Positions 59,902 to 64,000 of a stretch of DNA of 64,000 nucleotides are shown in pieces. The notes below the pieces were generated by a model that did not search any database, had not been told where the DNA came from, and saw nothing but the letters and a program-made list of their open reading frames with translations. This DNA comes from Gammaproteobacteria bacterium (lineage in GTDB: Bacteria > Pseudomonadota > Gammaproteobacteria > Eutrophobiales > Eutrophobiaceae). Location: positions 3,136,001 through 3,200,000 of the forward strand of contig OZ244905.1 of the NCBI GenBank assembly GCA_965221695.1, read 5' to 3'. Within the stretch, counting starts at the first letter, position 1. Every line of letters begins with the position of its first letter. Position numbers and translations under genes: made by a program.

Positions 59902-60897
59902 ATGAACAGTCAGGAAACTGAAAACAGCAACTTGAGCATCAACAACCTGATCGCTCCCAAGGTGAATCATCTGGTCGACTTTGCGCACGGCCTGGGTTTG
60001 AGCGCCAGCCGCACGTCAAACGGAAGTTTGCTGATAGACGCGGGCATCAGCAGTCACGGCAGCATCGAGGCCGGCAGGCAGATTGCCGAAATCTGTCTGG
60101 GAGGGCTGGCCACGGCCAGGTTGCGGGCCGCGCGGGACTACCAAAACTGGCCCTGGCATGTGGACGTCCATACCAGCCACCCTGTGATCGCCTGCCTGGC
60201 CAGCCAGTATGCGGGCTGGAGCCTGTCACATGGCGAGGGCAAGGGCACCTTCAGCGCGCTCGGTTCCGGCCCGGCCAGGGCCTTGGGCAGCAAGGAACCG
60301 TTGTTAGATGAAATCGGATACCGCGACAAGGCGGACACCACTTGCATCGTGCTGGAGGTCGACAAGTTACCGCCGATTGAGATTTCCGACAAAATTGCCG
60401 AACGCTGCCAGGTTGCGCCGGAAAACCTCACATTGATTCTTACGCCTACTTCCAGCCTGGCGGGAGCGGTGCAGGTCGTTGCCCGAGTATTTGAATCCGC
60501 GCTGCACAAGGCCCATACATTGCGTTTTCCGCTGACTGAAATTGTAGACGGCATGGGCACCGTGCCCTTATGTCCTCCGTCACCCGATTTTCTGACAGCC
60601 ATGAGCCGTACCAATGACGCGATTCTATTTGGCGGCCATGTTCACTTGTTTGTCAGTTCCGGCGATGAAGACGCGCAAGGGCTGGCACACCAGTTACCGA
60701 GCAATACATCTGAAGATTACGGCAGGCCGTTCGCCGAGGTGTTCAAAAATTCCGGTTTTGATTTCTACAAACTCGATCCCATGTTGTTCAGCCCGGCCCG
60801 GGTGACCGTGAGTTCGCTTAAGACAGGACGTTCTTTCCAGGCGGGGGATATCAACCTGCAGGCCCTGAACGAGTCATTCACCGGGATATTCAGCTAA
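59902..60897 (+). CDS. mch: Methenyl-H4MPT cyclohydrolase
   Basis: IDAG...GS.EAG, ACL.SQYAGW, GSGPARAL, PT.S.AG.VQVVAR, TNDAIL.GG, FYK.DP.LFSP. Confidence 0.95.
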   Translation: MNSQETENSNLSINNLIAPKVNHLVDFAHGLGLSASRTSNGSLLIDAGISSHGSIEAGRQIAEICLGGLATARLRAARDYQNWPWHVDVHTSHPVIACLASQYAGWSLSHGEGKGTFSALGSGPARALGSKEPLLDEIGYRDKADTTCIVLEVDKLPPIEISDKIAERCQVAPENLTLILTPTSSLAGAVQVVARVFESALHKAHTLRFPLTEIVDGMGTVPLCPPSPDFLTAMSRTNDAILFGGHVHLFVSSGDEDAQGLAHQLPSNTSEDYGRPFAEVFKNSGFDFYKLDPMLFSPARVTVSSLKTGRSFQAGDINLQALNESFTGIFS

Positions 60898-60912
60898 TCC
60901 GCCAATCCGGGT

Positions 60913-61755
60913 TTGCCTTCCATCGCGAGTCTGGCGCAGCAGGTATACGATTGTTTCATTTGTGATATTGACGCGCTGAAGCCGGGAAACGTAGGTCGCC
61001 ACGGCGCCGGTCATGGCATGGAGTGTGCGGATTTTATCAGGAGCGCACAAGCCGTTACGCCCATTCTTTGTGACCGGCGTCTCGATATCGGCAAAAAAAT
61101 CCTGTCCAGCGTCAAAGCCACCATGGCCGAGGTACAGTGCAATACCAACCTGGGTATGGTTTTGCTGATTGCGCCCATAATCCAGGTGTTTCAGCAACAT
61201 GGCCCGCAGGCATACTTTCGGCACACTGTCACATCGACCCTGAAGTCTCTCGGGCGGCAGGAAGCGCAGGACATATTCGCTGCCATTCGCTTGGCAAACC
61301 CCGGCGGTCTTGGCAAAGTGGACAAATATGACGTAAACTCTCCACTGGACATCGATATTTATTCAGCTATGGAGGCCGCGCAGGATCGGGATTTGGTTGC
61401 TCGACAATACGTGAACGGATACCGGGAAGTGACAAATATCGGAGTAAAATGCCTGCGAGACCATCATGATCGCTGGAATAGTGTTGAATGGGCGGTTGTT
61501 GCCTGTTATCTTATGTACATGGCGAGTTTTCCGGATTCGCATATCCGTAGAAAATATGGAATTGAAACCGCGCATCAGGTGAGGAAGAGAACAAAACCTG
61601 TGCTCGAGCAGTTTATGAGCTATGATAATCCGGAAGATGCAAGAAAAACATTGATGCATTTTGACAGGGAACTCAAGGCGTCGGGGCTAAATCCAGGCGC
61701 GTGCGCTGATCTTACCGTAGCCAGCTTGTTATTGTTCCGGCTTGGCATAGACTGA
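60913..61755 (+). CDS. CitG-like protein (Orf7 of the H4MPT/methanofuran cluster)
   Basis: KPGNV, NTNLG..LL.AP, AIRLA.PGGLG, PDSHI.RK.G, LNPG..ADL; TTG start uncertain. Confidence 0.85.
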   Translation: MPSIASLAQQVYDCFICDIDALKPGNVGRHGAGHGMECADFIRSAQAVTPILCDRRLDIGKKILSSVKATMAEVQCNTNLGMVLLIAPIIQVFQQHGPQAYFRHTVTSTLKSLGRQEAQDIFAAIRLANPGGLGKVDKYDVNSPLDIDIYSAMEAAQDRDLVARQYVNGYREVTNIGVKCLRDHHDRWNSVEWAVVACYLMYMASFPDSHIRRKYGIETAHQVRKRTKPVLEQFMSYDNPEDARKTLMHFDRELKASGLNPGACADLTVASLLLFRLGID

Positions 61756-61870
61756 GTTACGGGTTGTAACTGTTGGTGTGGGGAGTAGTGATAGACCTTA
61801 CGGAGGTATCATGTTTAAAATATTTGACAAACTTTGTAGCATTTTTAAATCAGAAGAAGGAGGTAATGAA

Positions 61871-62383
61871 ATGGCTGTTATAGATAAAGTACTCGTTGGT
61901 GAAGCATTGGTGGGGGATGGCAATGAGGTCGCCCATATCGACCTGATTATGGGCCCTCGGGGCAGCGCTGCGGAAACCGCGGCATGCAATGCCCTTACCA
62001 ATAACAAAGACGGTTTTACATCCCTGCTGGCGGTAGTCTCGCCGAATCTCGCATGTAAACCGACTACCGTCATGTTCAATAAGGTGACTATTAAAGGCGC
62101 ACAGCAGGCTGTACAGATGTTTGGCCCGGCCCAGCGCGCAGTGTCCATGGCGGTGATGGATTGTGTTGAAGACGGCACTATCCCTGCTGACGAAGCTGAT
62201 GATATTTTCATCTGCGTCGGCGTGTTTATCCACTGGCTGGCTGAGGATGACGGGAAAATCCAGGACTACAACTATGAAGCCACCAAGATGTCGATTAAAC
62301 GCGCTGTTGCACGCGAACCCAAGGCTTCCGAGGTGTTGAGTAAGCGCGGCGATGCGGATCATCCGTTCCAGGCTCACTCATAA
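61871..62383 (+). CDS. fae: Formaldehyde-activating enzyme
   Basis: [22 protein letters not shown]...[15 protein letters not shown]; AGGAGG RBS. Confidence 0.96.
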   Translation: MAVIDKVLVGEALVGDGNEVAHIDLIMGPRGSAAETAACNALTNNKDGFTSLLAVVSPNLACKPTTVMFNKVTIKGAQQAVQMFGPAQRAVSMAVMDCVEDGTIPADEADDIFICVGVFIHWLAEDDGKIQDYNYEATKMSIKRAVAREPKASEVLSKRGDADHPFQAHS

Positions 62384-62401
62384 GCGAGTCCGACCCCAAC
62401 A

Positions 62402-62430
62402 AAGACCCCGGCCTGTGCCGGGGTTTTTTT
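62402..62430 (+). terminator. Intrinsic terminator after fae
   Basis: accccggc-ctgt-gccggggt followed by T run. Confidence 0.85.
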
Positions 62431-62599
62431 GTTGATGCCAGTGAGACAAAGGGTCGCCCTCCGTTTTCACGAGGGCGGGCTCTGCGGGCGACAAAATAGT
62501 TGACTGGACTCTCGCTTTTCAGCCTACCCCTGTATGGCGTTGAGCAGGGGCGGGAGTGATGAACGCTGGCGGGCAATATCAGATTGAGAGGTAAGAGCG

Positions 62600-63292
62600 C
62601 TAAAATTCAGCCAGATGTTCTGACGTGATCGTTTTATTGTGCAACGCCGAGGCGATCAGCGCGCCTTGGATGCCCTGCTTGGCGAGCTCGCGCAGATCCT
62701 CCACGTTGCGCACGCCACCGGCTGCGTAGATCCGTTTGCCGGGCAGGCTGTCCGCCAGCACGCGGATGTGTTCCAGGTCAGGGCCGGCATGGCTGCCTAC
62801 CTGATCCAGGTTCATGACGATAATACGCTGCGGCAACCGGGAAGGCTGCGCAAGCAAATTCGGATTGCCGAGCAGGCTTCCGTGACGGTAATCCAGCGAC
62901 AGGATGCAATCTGATTTACGCATATAATAGTCCAGTTGTTCGATGGAAATACCTGTTTCCGAACCCAATACGTTGCTCACACGAGTCCGGAAAGCGGAGC
63001 AGTTGTCATTGATGAACGGTTTAGCGCCCGAATCAATCCACAGGCTGATGTCAGTATAAGCGTTCAGCAGGTGGGCAATGAGCGCATGGTTATTGCCGTT
63101 TTCCTCAATGGCGTTGAGATCGGCGAGATAAAATGCCCTGAAAGGGAATACACGCAGATAAGCGCGAATCACGGCCAGGAGTTCCGATTGCGGACACAGC
63201 GGAGAGGTCAGAGGCTTGTAGGTTTGCCTTTTTCCCAGTCTGGCCGCTACCACCAGACCGTCTTTTAAATCTATGACGGGGAGGATATGCAT
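62600..63292 (-). CDS. HisA/HisF-like TIM barrel (Orf17 of the H4MPT/methanofuran cluster)
   Basis: I.PVIDL..G.VV.A..G.R..Y.P, Y.ADL.AI, V.GSET, VGS..GPD, AAGGVR...DL, ASALH. Confidence 0.85.
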   Translation of the reverse strand: MHILPVIDLKDGLVVAARLGKRQTYKPLTSPLCPQSELLAVIRAYLRVFPFRAFYLADLNAIEENGNNHALIAHLLNAYTDISLWIDSGAKPFINDNCSAFRTRVSNVLGSETGISIEQLDYYMRKSDCILSLDYRHGSLLGNPNLLAQPSRLPQRIIVMNLDQVGSHAGPDLEHIRVLADSLPGKRIYAAGGVRNVEDLRELAKQGIQGALIASALHNKTITSEHLAEF

Positions 63293-64000
63293 ACAGAAAA
63301 TTATACAGGTTGGGATATCGGTGGCGCGCATTTGAAAATTGCGTGGCTCGACAAAAACGGCGCGCTAGGTGGTCTTGGCCAATATGCGACACCCTTATGG
63401 GAAGGAATTCATACGCTGTCGCATCCGCTCGGCCTGGCATTCGACTCCCTGCCCGCCGGGAAGCGAGTTCATGCCCTCACCATGACCGGCGAGCTGGCTG
63501 ACTGCTTTAGTACGCGCAGTGAGGGGGTAATGGCGTTGGTGAATTATCTGTCAGCCCGGCTCGGCCCGGAAGAACCGGTCTACGTGTATGCCGGCAACAA
63601 AGGCCTTGTGGCGCCGCATCAGGCTCATACCTTGCGCGCTGAAATTGCTTCAGCCAACTGGCATGCGACAGCCGCTTATGCCGCACAGTGTCTGGGTTCA
63701 GGCTGCCTGATTGACCTGGGCACCACCACGACCGATATCATTCCTTTTCATGAACATCGGGTTTGCTACCGCGGTTATACTGACCAAGAGCGATTGCGCA
63801 CCGGGGAACTGGTTTATTCTGGCATAACGAGAACGCCTGTGATGGCGCTGGTCGACCGGCTGCCCTATAGGAACGTATGGCAAGCCATCGCCGCTGAGTA
63901 TTTTGCCGGTATGGCCGATGTGTATCGTATCACCGGGGACCTGGATGAACGTTTCGATTTAATGCCTGCTGCTGACGGAAACGCAAAAACCCTCTACCAT
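63287..64000 (+). CDS. Hydantoinase/oxoprolinase-family Orf9 (MfnF-like, methanofuran-type cofactor biosynthesis); truncated by window end
   Basis: Read directly from sequence (absent from ORF track): MHTENYTGWDIGGAHLK...LW...HALTMTGELADCF...ASANW...D.G.TTTDI.P...GELVYSG..RTP. Confidence 0.85.
   Translation, partial: MHTENYTGWDIGGAHLKIAWLDKNGALGGLGQYATPLWEGIHTLSHPLGLAFDSLPAGKRVHALTMTGELADCFSTRSEGVMALVNYLSARLGPEEPVYVYAGNKGLVAPHQAHTLRAEIASANWHATAAYAAQCLGSGCLIDLGTTTTDIIPFHEHRVCYRGYTDQERLRTGELVYSGITRTPVMALVDRLPYRNVWQAIAAEYFAGMADVYRITGDLDERFDLMPAADGNAKTLYH

Overview
GC-rich chromosomal window from a gammaproteobacterium (inferred from the surE-pcm-nlpD-rpoS, mrcB-lpoP, metY-rimP-nusA-infB-rbfA-truB-rpsO-pnp, rpsP-rimM-trmD-rplS-xerD-dsbC and hldE-hldD-waaA synteny). 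About 1-35 kb is housekeeping. About 35.5-64 kb is a methylotrophy region with: a TonB receptor; a SoxYZ-like carrier; a lanthanide-type methanol dehydrogenase (xoxF) followed by a pseudoazurin-like blue-copper protein and xoxJ, with no xoxG cytochrome c in the window; and a large H4MPT/methanofuran C1-transfer cluster. That cluster carries two complete formyl-transfer complexes in one co-directional run: an apparently redox-active, methanogen-like fwdD-B-A-ftr-C set, a 7Fe ferredoxin, a ferredoxin-NADP reductase, and the hydrolytic fhcB-A-D-C set. mptG, mch, orf7, fae, orf17 and a partial orf9 follow. Also present are two tRNAs, a PQQ-dehydrogenase homologue whose canonical catalytic acidic residues are replaced by Gly, an internally deleted iorB relic, and several families of MITE/REP-like repeats that often sit on TAA stop codons. 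All calls come from motif recognition and synteny; no database searches were run.
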